Source: Bacilli bacterium
Lineage (GTDB): Bacteria > Bacillota_I > Bacilli_A > RFN20 > CAG-826
Assembly (NCBI GenBank): GCA_045130875.1
Contig: JBGUQI010000011.1
Location: forward strand, 73,828-137,827
Length of the DNA: 64,000 nt
Direction: 5' to 3'
How positions within the stretch are numbered: position 1 is the first letter of the stretch; every line of letters starts with the position of its first letter. Position numbers and translations under genes: made by a program. The notes below the pieces were generated by a model that worked only from the letters and a program-made list of their open reading frames with translations, searched no databases and was not told the DNA's origin. Positions 16,495 through 25,979 of the stretch are shown one piece after another.

Positions 16495-19052
16495 TATTCT
16501 TCCTCCTTAAAATGTGCTTTCAAAATATAGTGTCCACCACCGGAAATGTTTAGTTGGTTTTTATTCATTTCTTCGCCATTCAATTCATAGAGATTGTTAA
16601 TTTCAATTCTCGCTTCTGTGTTTGGTGGTAGATATAAATCTAAAACAATTTCGTTATTAGTTTTTTTGTATTCAAGTTTGATTTCTCCCGCTATAGTTTG
16701 AAGACCTCCTTTTACTTCATTTAACAAACTGGAAAAATAAGGTTTGATAAATATCTTATTGGCGGCAACAGCATCATCAAGAATAGAAATGCCTAAAAGA
16801 TCATTAAATAAGAAAGCATCTACGCTACCAAACATTGGGTGATTAAAGGAATGCATTTTTTGTTGCATGTCTTTTTCCCATCTTTCCCATATCGTAGTAG
16901 CACCATTAGCAATCATAAATCCCCAGCCTGGATATGTTGGATTTACCAATGTTTTAATAGCGGTATCAACATAACCAAACTTTGCTAAAGCATCAAAGGC
17001 ATATACGTAGGTTTGATTACCCAAAATCACATGGTATTCTTTATCAACTATAGATTTATTAAATCTATCAGCCATTTTTGTTTCTTCTTTATCATTCAAA
17101 AGATGCAATCCTAAGCAAATAGCTAAACATGCCTGACTTCCTGAAGAAATGATGTTCTTTTGAGAATCATAATATTTATCAACAATGGCTTTTTTAATAA
17201 GAGAGGCATTATTTTCATATTTCTTGCCGTCATCATCCTTGTTAAGAATGAACGCAATTTCAGAGACGGCCTTTAAATGTAAATAATAGAAGCAGATTGA
17301 AATAAATTCACCAGATGTCATTTTACTAACTGGATCTTCTTGAAAATCAAAAGGTTCGGGAGCGCACCAATCAGCAAATCTAGCATATAAGGTCACTTTT
17401 TCAAAATCGACTTCCGAAGAGAGATAATCAACCCATCGTTTATATCCATCATACAAATCAATTAATAACTTTTTATTTCCGTAGTATTTATAGGCCTGTA
17501 AGCCGCTTGATAAATAACTTAGACATACAGGATCGGCAGGTCTAAAAGCGGTAAGGAAAGGCGCGGTATCCGCGATTCTTCCCAATTTATCTTGGGTATC
17601 TTTAATATCGTAAGAAACTTTGGATAAGAAATTGGATATGTGATAGTTAAGAACATTTTGATGTAATCTAGCAGTTAGGTCATTTAACCATCCAAATCTC
17701 TCGTCTCTCTGTGGACAATCAGTAAAGATGCCGTGCATATTGCTGCCTTCAGTATAAAGAACGTTCTTGTGGAGCTTATTAATCACTTCATTATCACATT
17801 CAAAAAAGCTAATCTGTTTGACACTATTTCTAACAAATATTCCTTCGATTGAAACCAAAGAAGCGTTTCCATCTATTTCAACCTCAGCATATCGGAATCC
17901 GTGATAAGTGAATCTTGGAGTGTATTCTTCCTCGTCATCACCACTAAGGATATAAACATCTCTAGCTAATGCGGTGCGAAGATTTAATTGATTAACCAAA
18001 CCATTCTCTTTTAATTGTTCTCCATATCTGATAATGACTTTGGAGGATTCCTGACCTTTCACACGAACAGAAACAAAACCCGAGAAATTCTGTCCAAAGT
18101 CAAAGACTTTAATGTTTTTAATATTTTTACAAGAAACAGGCTTAAATCTCTCAACCTCATCAATTGGTTCCAATATATTTTTAGTTAATCTACCTTGGGG
18201 TTTTTCCACTAATAAGGAATATAACCAACCCTCAGCCCATCCAATTGGGGTTTTCGGATCACACCAAGAAGACAATTCTCTTTTCATTATCCCGTCAGAG
18301 ATTTCACCATCATAAATACTATCTTCAACAATCCACGCCCCACGCATCCACCAATCAGCGCATGATGTTGTGTAGAAGAAGTCTTCTTCTCCATTTTCAT
18401 AAGTGATATATACTTGGGCACATAACTTTCGACTTCCCAACCAACCATGGCCAAGAATAATGCCTAAAGCGTTCTTCCCTTGTTTCAAACAATCTTCAAA
18501 ACCGTAAACGTCATACAACACGGTTTTGTTGTAATCAGTTATGGGTGGGTTCAAAATTCCTTGAGAGACTTTATGACCATTTACATAAACTTCATGGCAC
18601 CCAAGCCCGCAAATATAGATTCTAGCTTTTTGAACTTTAACACTTTTCTTAATTTCAAAATCTTTTCTAACTAATAATGCGCCACCCACTCTTGTAACTG
18701 GTGCGCCAATGAAATCTGCTATCCATTCTTTGTCATTTAATAATCCAGTTTCGAAAGAATTTATGGCACTTTTGCCGGCATTTGTTTCAATTTGATAGTA
18801 ATATTGGCATCTACTAGACAGCTCTTTTCCTTGATAAATAATTCCGGCAGAAACATCAGAATTAACCAAACCAGAATCCCAAACATCAATTCTATTGGAA
18901 GCAAGATTCTCAGCGGAAGTCGCCACTAAAACACGATAGAAGGTTTGATGGAAATTATCGCCAATATAAGACCATGAGAATGAAGGAGTCTTGTCAGCAA
19001 GACCAATAGGATTAATTTGATAATCAACTTGAACATTAACTATTTTTACCAT
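16494..19052 (-). CDS. Alpha-L-rhamnosidase, GH78 (cytoplasmic, no signal peptide)
   Basis: 852 aa. The start MVKIVNVQVDYQINPIGL is typical of the GH78 N-domain. The six-hairpin catalytic domain has [17 protein letters not shown] and HPMFGSVDAFLF. RBS AAGGAGGG upstream. Confidence 0.9.
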   Translation of the reverse strand: MVKIVNVQVDYQINPIGLADKTPSFSWSYIGDNFHQTFYRVLVATSAENLASNRIDVWDSGLVNSDVSAGIIYQGKELSSRCQYYYQIETNAGKSAINSFETGLLNDKEWIADFIGAPVTRVGGALLVRKDFEIKKSVKVQKARIYICGLGCHEVYVNGHKVSQGILNPPITDYNKTVLYDVYGFEDCLKQGKNALGIILGHGWLGSRKLCAQVYITYENGEEDFFYTTSCADWWMRGAWIVEDSIYDGEISDGIMKRELSSWCDPKTPIGWAEGWLYSLLVEKPQGRLTKNILEPIDEVERFKPVSCKNIKNIKVFDFGQNFSGFVSVRVKGQESSKVIIRYGEQLKENGLVNQLNLRTALARDVYILSGDDEEEYTPRFTYHGFRYAEVEIDGNASLVSIEGIFVRNSVKQISFFECDNEVINKLHKNVLYTEGSNMHGIFTDCPQRDERFGWLNDLTARLHQNVLNYHISNFLSKVSYDIKDTQDKLGRIADTAPFLTAFRPADPVCLSYLSSGLQAYKYYGNKKLLIDLYDGYKRWVDYLSSEVDFEKVTLYARFADWCAPEPFDFQEDPVSKMTSGEFISICFYYLHLKAVSEIAFILNKDDDGKKYENNASLIKKAIVDKYYDSQKNIISSGSQACLAICLGLHLLNDKEETKMADRFNKSIVDKEYHVILGNQTYVYAFDALAKFGYVDTAIKTLVNPTYPGWGFMIANGATTIWERWEKDMQQKMHSFNHPMFGSVDAFLFNDLLGISILDDAVAANKIFIKPYFSSLLNEVKGGLQTIAGEIKLEYKKTNNEIVLDLYLPPNTEARIEINNLYELNGEEMNKNQLNISGGGHYILKAHFKEEE

Positions 19053-21540
19053 GACGAGCCCTCCTTAAAATCAAAACAAGAAAGAAAACACCACCGAGGA
19101 ATAATAACGATGAGGCTATTATTAGAATTATTGGTAAGGTATTGTTAGTTTTTGTTTTAACAAAACCAACATTATCAAAATACAGAGTTCCGCCAGGGGC
19201 ATTATCGTCAGTTGAGGAATACCAAATCTTTATTTTTTCAATAGATGCAATTGTCTTTTTAAATTCATCGTCAACCTTTATAGAATAGGAATGCGCTTCA
19301 TTATTCCTTGCGCTTAAGCAGCATTCAATAATTTGATTTCCACTATAGAACCTAACTTTTACATTATGGGTAGATTTTTCATTATCGTTATTCTCAATAA
19401 AAAGAGAGAAGTTGAACGATTCTAAATTCTTTGTCTTTATTGGTTTTTCAAACTCTTTGCGAATACCTTTTTCCGCCATTCCTTTTCCGGATGTAGCAAC
19501 GCTTTGATATTGAACCATTAAAATATTTGTTGTGTTAAGAGTTGATCCATCATCTTTAATAATTTCGCAACTTATTGCGTTATTATCTTTTAGCCAGCCG
19601 TTTGTGGTTTCGTTTTCAAAATCATCATTTGTGGAATTCTTATAGTCATCCACCAAAACCATTTCTTTATTCTTTTCTAAAATTCGATGCTCTAATTTGT
19701 TGGCATCAAAATTAGGTATCAATTCGGACCAAGAAGTCGGAATGGTATTTTGGGGTAATACTCTAATATATTTCAAATACGGAGTTGTATATTGCAAAGA
19801 TAATGGGGTGTCAATGTATTTCATTACCTCCCACACAGGTTTCTTTTCATATGGTTCTTCTTCGCTATTTGTTTTTCTAAACCAAATACCAAGATTTTCT
19901 CCATCTTCATAACTCGAATCTATATGACGATGAATGACATATGATTTTGCACCATTAAATAAGAACATATAGTAAGAATAGGCGAACGACGCAGCCTGTT
20001 CATTTAAGGCTTGTTGAGAAATGTTTTCTGAAGCATATGTTCCTGTATGAGGGGTACCTGCACCATATTCAGTGATGTAATAGCAACGCTCCTTTCCTTC
20101 AAATCTGTTTTCATCCTTTTTTAGAAAGTTATATAAAACATCAATATTTAGAGGGGTTACTTTCGCGGCAGTCATTTCATCGTGACTGGACGCAACATAG
20201 TTCACATCATTCCAAAATGCTGCTTCACCAATCGCATTTGCACGATATGGATGATAAGCTAGTTGCCAATAATAATCGCCTTCAAGCTTTGAGGCTTTAT
20301 TTAATTCAGTAAGAACATTTCTTGTTGTATAAGAACCATGCCCAACGAATGGACCATATGATTCGGCATCATAATTTAAATATTGAGTAGCGCAGTCCAA
20401 ATTCCAGAAGTGAGAGGTACAGGCCAAAACATTAGCATATTGCCATATACTCTTAATGGAAATGTAGGCAATACGTAAAGCTCTTTCATATTGTCTAATG
20501 TATTCTTCTATAGGAAGATAGCCCATGTTGTTCCATTGGCAAGCACTTTCAATTTCATTACCAACAATAAAATTATCGACATGGCCATATAATCTATCTT
20601 CTCTGGTATATCTATCCGCTAAGAAAGAAGCTGTTGCGGCAAACAAATCTAAAGCTTTTATAGTTGTGGTATTAATACCAGTTAAATTCATTGGGAAATT
20701 ATTTAATTTTGCATAATCAGGATGTAACAATATCGATTCGATACCGGTATTCTTGCCATAAATAAGGAAGGACAATGTCACACTCATGCCAGCGTTTGTC
20801 ATATTAATGATTCTTTCATCTTGAATCTTTAATAGCTTTTGACTGAAATAATAAGATTTTCCATTATGGACATATTCAATAGAATCCTCAGTCTTCATGC
20901 CAAGTATTATTGTGTTAATATCCATACCAACCATGCTATGGCTGATGCCAAGCTTTTCGGCATCATCAGAATTCTTGACTTCCAATCCTTTAATGCTTTG
21001 CATTTCTTGGCGAGGATACGTTAATTTTGAGTCAAATGAGCGAACAAATGTGGCGGGAGCAACAATATCACCACCAGCGAGCATATTATCGATTACAGAG
21101 CCATTTTTCACTAAATAAAAGCGATCGTACGTTTTATCATGGCCGAGTTCTGATTCAATAGCGGAATAACGGTCGATGTTGATAATTCCAGTTTTAGAAA
21201 CAGTAGCTTCAATATATCCTTTTTGATTCGGTGAATAATAGTTTCTATCTACATCATAGCCGTCATCTTGATTGTCATCTCCTTGACCATCGTAATATTT
21301 AATAAAAGATGTCGAAGAATGGTATTGATTAGCACGGAAACGCACCAATCTAACTTCACCATCAATCGCAGGAATGTTAACAGTAATCTTGTCGCCCTTG
21401 CTTTCTAAATAAAAGCCTTCCTCGTTAACGCTTGAATCTTCGGCTTTAACAAAATGGTTTGCCTTTTCCGGTTTAAAAAACACCAATGATAAATTAGTCA
21501 GCGAAATAAATGATAAAAGTAAAATCGCAATCTTTTTCAT
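19036..21540 (-). CDS. Tail-anchored extracellular glycoside hydrolase-like protein (clan GH-A-like TIM barrel + C-terminal beta-sandwich)
   Basis: 834 aa with a signal peptide. The central region has FIVGNEIESACQWNN (acid/base-like NE after a beta-strand) and CYYITEYGAGTP (nucleophile-like TE-Y-G) about 170 aa later. A C-terminal CBM-like domain is followed by a TM helix and RRARHGKNS tail. Family not assignable by eye. Confidence 0.5.
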   Translation of the reverse strand: MKKIAILLLSFISLTNLSLVFFKPEKANHFVKAEDSSVNEEGFYLESKGDKITVNIPAIDGEVRLVRFRANQYHSSTSFIKYYDGQGDDNQDDGYDVDRNYYSPNQKGYIEATVSKTGIINIDRYSAIESELGHDKTYDRFYLVKNGSVIDNMLAGGDIVAPATFVRSFDSKLTYPRQEMQSIKGLEVKNSDDAEKLGISHSMVGMDINTIILGMKTEDSIEYVHNGKSYYFSQKLLKIQDERIINMTNAGMSVTLSFLIYGKNTGIESILLHPDYAKLNNFPMNLTGINTTTIKALDLFAATASFLADRYTREDRLYGHVDNFIVGNEIESACQWNNMGYLPIEEYIRQYERALRIAYISIKSIWQYANVLACTSHFWNLDCATQYLNYDAESYGPFVGHGSYTTRNVLTELNKASKLEGDYYWQLAYHPYRANAIGEAAFWNDVNYVASSHDEMTAAKVTPLNIDVLYNFLKKDENRFEGKERCYYITEYGAGTPHTGTYASENISQQALNEQAASFAYSYYMFLFNGAKSYVIHRHIDSSYEDGENLGIWFRKTNSEEEPYEKKPVWEVMKYIDTPLSLQYTTPYLKYIRVLPQNTIPTSWSELIPNFDANKLEHRILEKNKEMVLVDDYKNSTNDDFENETTNGWLKDNNAISCEIIKDDGSTLNTTNILMVQYQSVATSGKGMAEKGIRKEFEKPIKTKNLESFNFSLFIENNDNEKSTHNVKVRFYSGNQIIECCLSARNNEAHSYSIKVDDEFKKTIASIEKIKIWYSSTDDNAPGGTLYFDNVGFVKTKTNNTLPIILIIASSLLFLGGVFFLVLILRRARHGKNS

Positions 21541-21541
21541 A

Positions 21542-22390
21542 CTATAATTTCATCCCCGAAGCAAAATCTCCATTTATAAAGTACTTGAGTCCAACAATTG
21601 TAGTTACCACAAGTGGTAAACCACTACAGATATATAAAGCATAAGAAATACCTTCGTTGCTGTACTTGTTGGCTAAGTCTGTAGTCATATCTTTTAATAA
21701 AGGCATTAACATTTGTTTGGAAGAATCTTCAATCACAAGTGTTGGCCATAAATAATCGTTGTATTGTGCAGCAAAGATGCCAATGAATTGAATAATAATA
21801 ATGGGAATACACAACGGAAGAGCAATTGTGAAATAAGCTCTTAAAGACGAAGCTCCATCAATTTGAGCGCTTTCAAACAACTCTTTTGGCTGTTGTTGCA
21901 TAAACGTATAGAACAAGAAGAAAGAGCCCACTAAGTTAGAAGCAATACCCGGCAACAAAATTGCCCATCTTGTGTTATATAAGCCAAGCTGTTGAATATT
22001 AAGGAATGATGAAGTTAAAGTTAAAACGCCAGGTACCATCATTAAAATGATGATTGATCTGAATAAGAATGATTTAAACGGGAAATTAAAACGCACAAAA
22101 ACAAAAGCTGATAAAGAGGAAATTAAGATGGCTACAACAGCGACAGCGATACCAATTAATATGCTATTAAGCATATTCTTATTCATAATCATCATGCTGA
22201 ATCGATAGTTTTCAAAATGTAAGGATGTAGGTAACACCCAAATTCCTCTATCAAAATCAACCGCAGATTTCAGGGAGAGAATGATGGTTATAACTAAGGG
22301 AAATAATGTACAAGCAGAGAACAAAATCACCGCAAAAGAAATCGGTATCTGTTTACCATCAAATTTGCGTTTATTTCTTTTGATTGTCAT
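21542..22390 (-). CDS. Carbohydrate ABC transporter permease (MalG-type)
   Basis: 282 aa, 6 TM segments, EAA loop ESAQIDGASSLRAYFTIALP. Confidence 0.85.
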   Translation of the reverse strand: MTIKRNKRKFDGKQIPISFAVILFSACTLFPLVITIILSLKSAVDFDRGIWVLPTSLHFENYRFSMMIMNKNMLNSILIGIAVAVVAILISSLSAFVFVRFNFPFKSFLFRSIIILMMVPGVLTLTSSFLNIQQLGLYNTRWAILLPGIASNLVGSFFLFYTFMQQQPKELFESAQIDGASSLRAYFTIALPLCIPIIIIQFIGIFAAQYNDYLWPTLVIEDSSKQMLMPLLKDMTTDLANKYSNEGISYALYICSGLPLVVTTIVGLKYFINGDFASGMKL

Positions 22391-24333
22391 AACGCCATAC
22401 CCTCCTTTCTTCTAGTCCTAAATAAGAAGAACGAGACCCCAAATATCGCTATGAATAGCAAAACACCCATCGCACCAGCGACACCAGGATCATGGAATTT
22501 GTTTATATAATAGAAAAGTTCTAATGAAGGGGTATAGGTTGCTCCACCAGGTCCACCTTCTGTAGTCAGATACACTCTATTGAATTCTTGAATAGAAGAT
22601 ATGAATGCCACTACAAACAAAAATTTAAATTGGGGCATTAACATCGGTATATCAATGGCAAAGATTTTTCTTATTCCGGTATATCCTTCTAGTTTCCCGG
22701 CTTCATAATAGGAACGTGGAATAGATGTTAAACCACCATAAAGAATTAAATAGGACCCAACCCATGGGAAGCCAATCATAATGATGGAACCCAACGCTGT
22801 ATCTGGGGATCCTAAAAAGTCGTGTTTTGCAAGGCTTTCCACCCCTATTGCACCAAAAAATGAATTTAACAAACCGTCAGTGCCATAAATGCCAAACCTC
22901 CAGATAAGCATCGATGCAACACCAGGAATAATACCGACGATATACATCAAAACCTTAGAGACATATTGGAATTTCTTGCTTACCAACGAAACGATTAATT
23001 CAGCGACAATAAGTGGTACCACTAAGGCTTTAAACAAATCAGTAACTAAGAAAATTAGCATGTTCTTTACACCAGACCAAAAATACGGATCTTGGAACAC
23101 GGCTTTAAAATTATCGAAAAGTGTCCAATCAACAGGCACACCATTCTCATAGACACGAAAAGCCAAAGAAAAGCCCCAAACAACCGGGATATAAATAAAT
23201 ACAATTAAAAAGGCAAACATTGGAGCGAGCATTGCATAGCACTTCCAATTTTTCACAACTTTGCGAAGTGTATCTTTGGCCTTTTCGGAACCCTGACTGC
23301 TAAATGAAAGAATAAGGACGATAGTTAGAAAGAAAGCTGAGGCAATCAATAATCCAATGGCAACTGGAAATACAATTGAACAAACCGCAACTTTTACGCC
23401 TTTATTAAAGTCAATAACAAAGTTCTTCCCTGCTTTACTTGTAAAAACAGTCCCTGAAAGTGAAATTGTTAAGGTCTTTGCTTGAGCGACAGCACTTATT
23501 CTAAAATTGCCTTTTTCTTTAATGAGATATAATTTACCATCGTTTGTTAAAGCGACGACATGCTCACCATTAGAGGCAACTTTAAGAGAAGCGCTACCAG
23601 TTTTTAATTTATAGTCTTCTTTAAATTCTTGATTATAAATGGTTAATAAACCATTTTCAGATCCTACTACAAAACGATTATTACCATCTAAACAAAAACT
23701 AGAAATGGTTAGTGGGTGAGAGAATTCAAGTGTTGATTCAAGTTTTGAAACATTTTTGTCCAAACGATAAACATCACCACTATAATTTGCATAGTAACAG
23801 TCGCCCTCATTGTTAATAGAAATGTCTATCGGATTAGTTTCTAACATTAAATAGGAATAGTTCGAATCATCTAAAGAGGAAGAATATTCATATTGGAAAA
23901 TATAATTTCTAGTGGCATTAATTTTAGAACATACTAAGAGTTTGTTTGAATTTATAGCAAAGGCATTAACAACATTAGGGGCAATAAAATCAAATACTTT
24001 TTCACTGCCATGATAAACGATTAATTCCTTGTTTTGCAAAGCCACACCAACATAGTTGTTGTTAGAATAGATGCCTGAAATAACATTATCGAAAGTTTCT
24101 TCTTTTACTTTATTGTTTTCTAAAGATTTTAGTGTGTTAGATCCTATATCGGAGTAATACAAAACATCTTCTGTAAAACCAGAAAGAGTGACATTCTTAT
24201 CAAGTTCACTGATTTTATAATCGCTTTTTTTATTTTTAATGATTCCGCTTGTTAAAGAGGTTGCCCCAAAAAGAAGTGTCAAAGCACCACCAACAACGAT
24301 TAATATTAACTTCTTTGAGAAACCTTTTTTCAT
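22387..24333 (-). CDS. Carbohydrate ABC transporter permease (MalF-type) fused to an N-terminal ~300-aa extracytoplasmic beta-propeller-like domain
   Basis: 648 aa. TM1 (residues ~9-30) is followed by about 280 aa of repeated blade-like units. Then comes a 6-TM permease core with EAA loop EAGKLEGYTGIRKIFAIDIP. The stop TGA overlaps the next ATG (ATGA). Confidence 0.8.
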   Translation of the reverse strand: MKKGFSKKLILIVVGGALTLLFGATSLTSGIIKNKKSDYKISELDKNVTLSGFTEDVLYYSDIGSNTLKSLENNKVKEETFDNVISGIYSNNNYVGVALQNKELIVYHGSEKVFDFIAPNVVNAFAINSNKLLVCSKINATRNYIFQYEYSSSLDDSNYSYLMLETNPIDISINNEGDCYYANYSGDVYRLDKNVSKLESTLEFSHPLTISSFCLDGNNRFVVGSENGLLTIYNQEFKEDYKLKTGSASLKVASNGEHVVALTNDGKLYLIKEKGNFRISAVAQAKTLTISLSGTVFTSKAGKNFVIDFNKGVKVAVCSIVFPVAIGLLIASAFFLTIVLILSFSSQGSEKAKDTLRKVVKNWKCYAMLAPMFAFLIVFIYIPVVWGFSLAFRVYENGVPVDWTLFDNFKAVFQDPYFWSGVKNMLIFLVTDLFKALVVPLIVAELIVSLVSKKFQYVSKVLMYIVGIIPGVASMLIWRFGIYGTDGLLNSFFGAIGVESLAKHDFLGSPDTALGSIIMIGFPWVGSYLILYGGLTSIPRSYYEAGKLEGYTGIRKIFAIDIPMLMPQFKFLFVVAFISSIQEFNRVYLTTEGGPGGATYTPSLELFYYINKFHDPGVAGAMGVLLFIAIFGVSFFLFRTRRKEGMAL

Positions 24334-24338
24334 AAATT

Positions 24339-25979
24339 CTAGAACGGGCTAACAGTAACATTGTCGTTATCAAGACAGTTACTACGATAACCTCTCATTT
24401 TTAAATATTTACTCATATTATTGATTAACGAATTTTGCATATCGGTAGCATACTTATCAATCGTGATATTTTGGATGACAAATAACTTTTCGGTAAGACT
24501 TTGGAAATCACGAGTGGATAATGGTTCATCATTAAGTCCTCTAGCAAAAAGCACTGCTGGATTGTCATCAGCAATACCCCTTAAATACATACCGCTTGAT
24601 AAGTTTATAGATTCAGGAATAACCACATCCTTGATGTATGGTTTGCCTTTAATAGCAACACCAAGTTTTTCCATGGCTTTCATCTCAATATCTTGGCCAA
24701 CTTTAGATGCCCAATACATCAAGAAATCCATCACCAATTCAGTTTGCTTTGTGGTCTTGTTAATCACACCATAATAGCCATGAGGGCCACCGATAGAACG
24801 AGTATAATTCACATCCGGTGCACCTTGTGGATAATCTGGATGAGATTCCATAGCTGGAAATTCAAAATATCCAACATCAAACATCGTTTCTGGAGATATT
24901 TCTTTTTTGTTTTTCCACATAACCAGCAAGCTAGTTTCATCTAATGTAATTGCGGCCTTGCCGTTCCAGAAATATGGAGATTTATCACTGGTAAAAGCAT
25001 CGCCACAATATCTAGGAAAAACATCTCTAAAATTAGCGAGCATGTTTTTAAACTTCTCAGTATTAGGACCATAATTAGATTTCATAATGCCTTGAAGAAG
25101 TCTTAATTCATTCTTTGTATATCTTTGAGCATTGTCGTTAAACCACGCTAAATCGTTTCTTTCTTCTTCACTAAGTGAAGAATCATAATCTGATGGATAT
25201 GGCTTATATTCCCAATCAGCATCAAAGAATTCATCGTAATTCCAATCACCGGGTTGGGTGTGAACGTCATTAGAAACACTTCTAAAATATTGATCGACAT
25301 AAACTCTAAATAACCAACTCATCTGTCCAGACCAGAAAGAAGACGAAGAACCATCAATAGCTAAAGGAATGACATCACCGGATGGATACGTAGCTTCAAT
25401 TTGTGATAATGCATTTTTGAAATCACTCCAAGTAACAATGGTCGATGCATCAATGCCCGCCTGTTGGAAGATTTGCTTATTATAAAATAAAGAGACTTGA
25501 GTAGATTTGAAGTTAAGTGAATAGATTTCTCCGTGAGAACCATTAGCGGTTAAAGCAATGGGTTCAAACCCGTCTCTCCATGGTGCATTATCAGCATATG
25601 GATTTTTCTTGCTTAAATATTGAGAAATATCCACAAACTTATTACTTCCAAAGTATTGAGATGCTAAATTATTGCGCACAATATCCGCTGTAATTGTGGT
25701 CATATCATTATTAGAAAGCATACTATTGAGCCATTCAGAATAAGATCCTGATGAACCACTGGGATCAATAGATACATTTACACGAGGGTTGATTTTGCGA
25801 TATTCACTAACCACTGCTTCCAAAACTTCTTTTTCTTCAGTGGACATTGGAATAGCAATGGTTATTGACCCTTTCTTTTGTTCGCCTTGTTCGGATTCAG
25901 ATGTTTTTTTGCCATTTCCACAACCCACTAAAAGAAGTGATGTCATTAAAAACAGGCCAAATTTACTTAGTTTTTTCAT
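24339..25979 (-). CDS. Extracellular sugar-binding lipoprotein (ABC SBP, family 1, enlarged)
   Basis: 546 aa with lipobox LLLVG|CGNG. Its position directly upstream of the permease pair and its size and composition fit oligosaccharide-binding SBPs. Confidence 0.8.
   Translation of the reverse strand: MKKLSKFGLFLMTSLLLVGCGNGKKTSESEQGEQKKGSITIAIPMSTEEKEVLEAVVSEYRKINPRVNVSIDPSGSSGSYSEWLNSMLSNNDMTTITADIVRNNLASQYFGSNKFVDISQYLSKKNPYADNAPWRDGFEPIALTANGSHGEIYSLNFKSTQVSLFYNKQIFQQAGIDASTIVTWSDFKNALSQIEATYPSGDVIPLAIDGSSSSFWSGQMSWLFRVYVDQYFRSVSNDVHTQPGDWNYDEFFDADWEYKPYPSDYDSSLSEEERNDLAWFNDNAQRYTKNELRLLQGIMKSNYGPNTEKFKNMLANFRDVFPRYCGDAFTSDKSPYFWNGKAAITLDETSLLVMWKNKKEISPETMFDVGYFEFPAMESHPDYPQGAPDVNYTRSIGGPHGYYGVINKTTKQTELVMDFLMYWASKVGQDIEMKAMEKLGVAIKGKPYIKDVVIPESINLSSGMYLRGIADDNPAVLFARGLNDEPLSTRDFQSLTEKLFVIQNITIDKYATDMQNSLINNMSKYLKMRGYRSNCLDNDNVTVSPF

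Noticed and set aside
22387-22390. Possibility of Mycoplasma-type UGA=Trp recoding, given the Mollicutes-like features
   Set aside because: The TGA at 22389-22387 terminates the 648-aa permease exactly where the next gene starts (ATGA). All family-length ORFs are intact with the standard code, so genetic code 11 fits.
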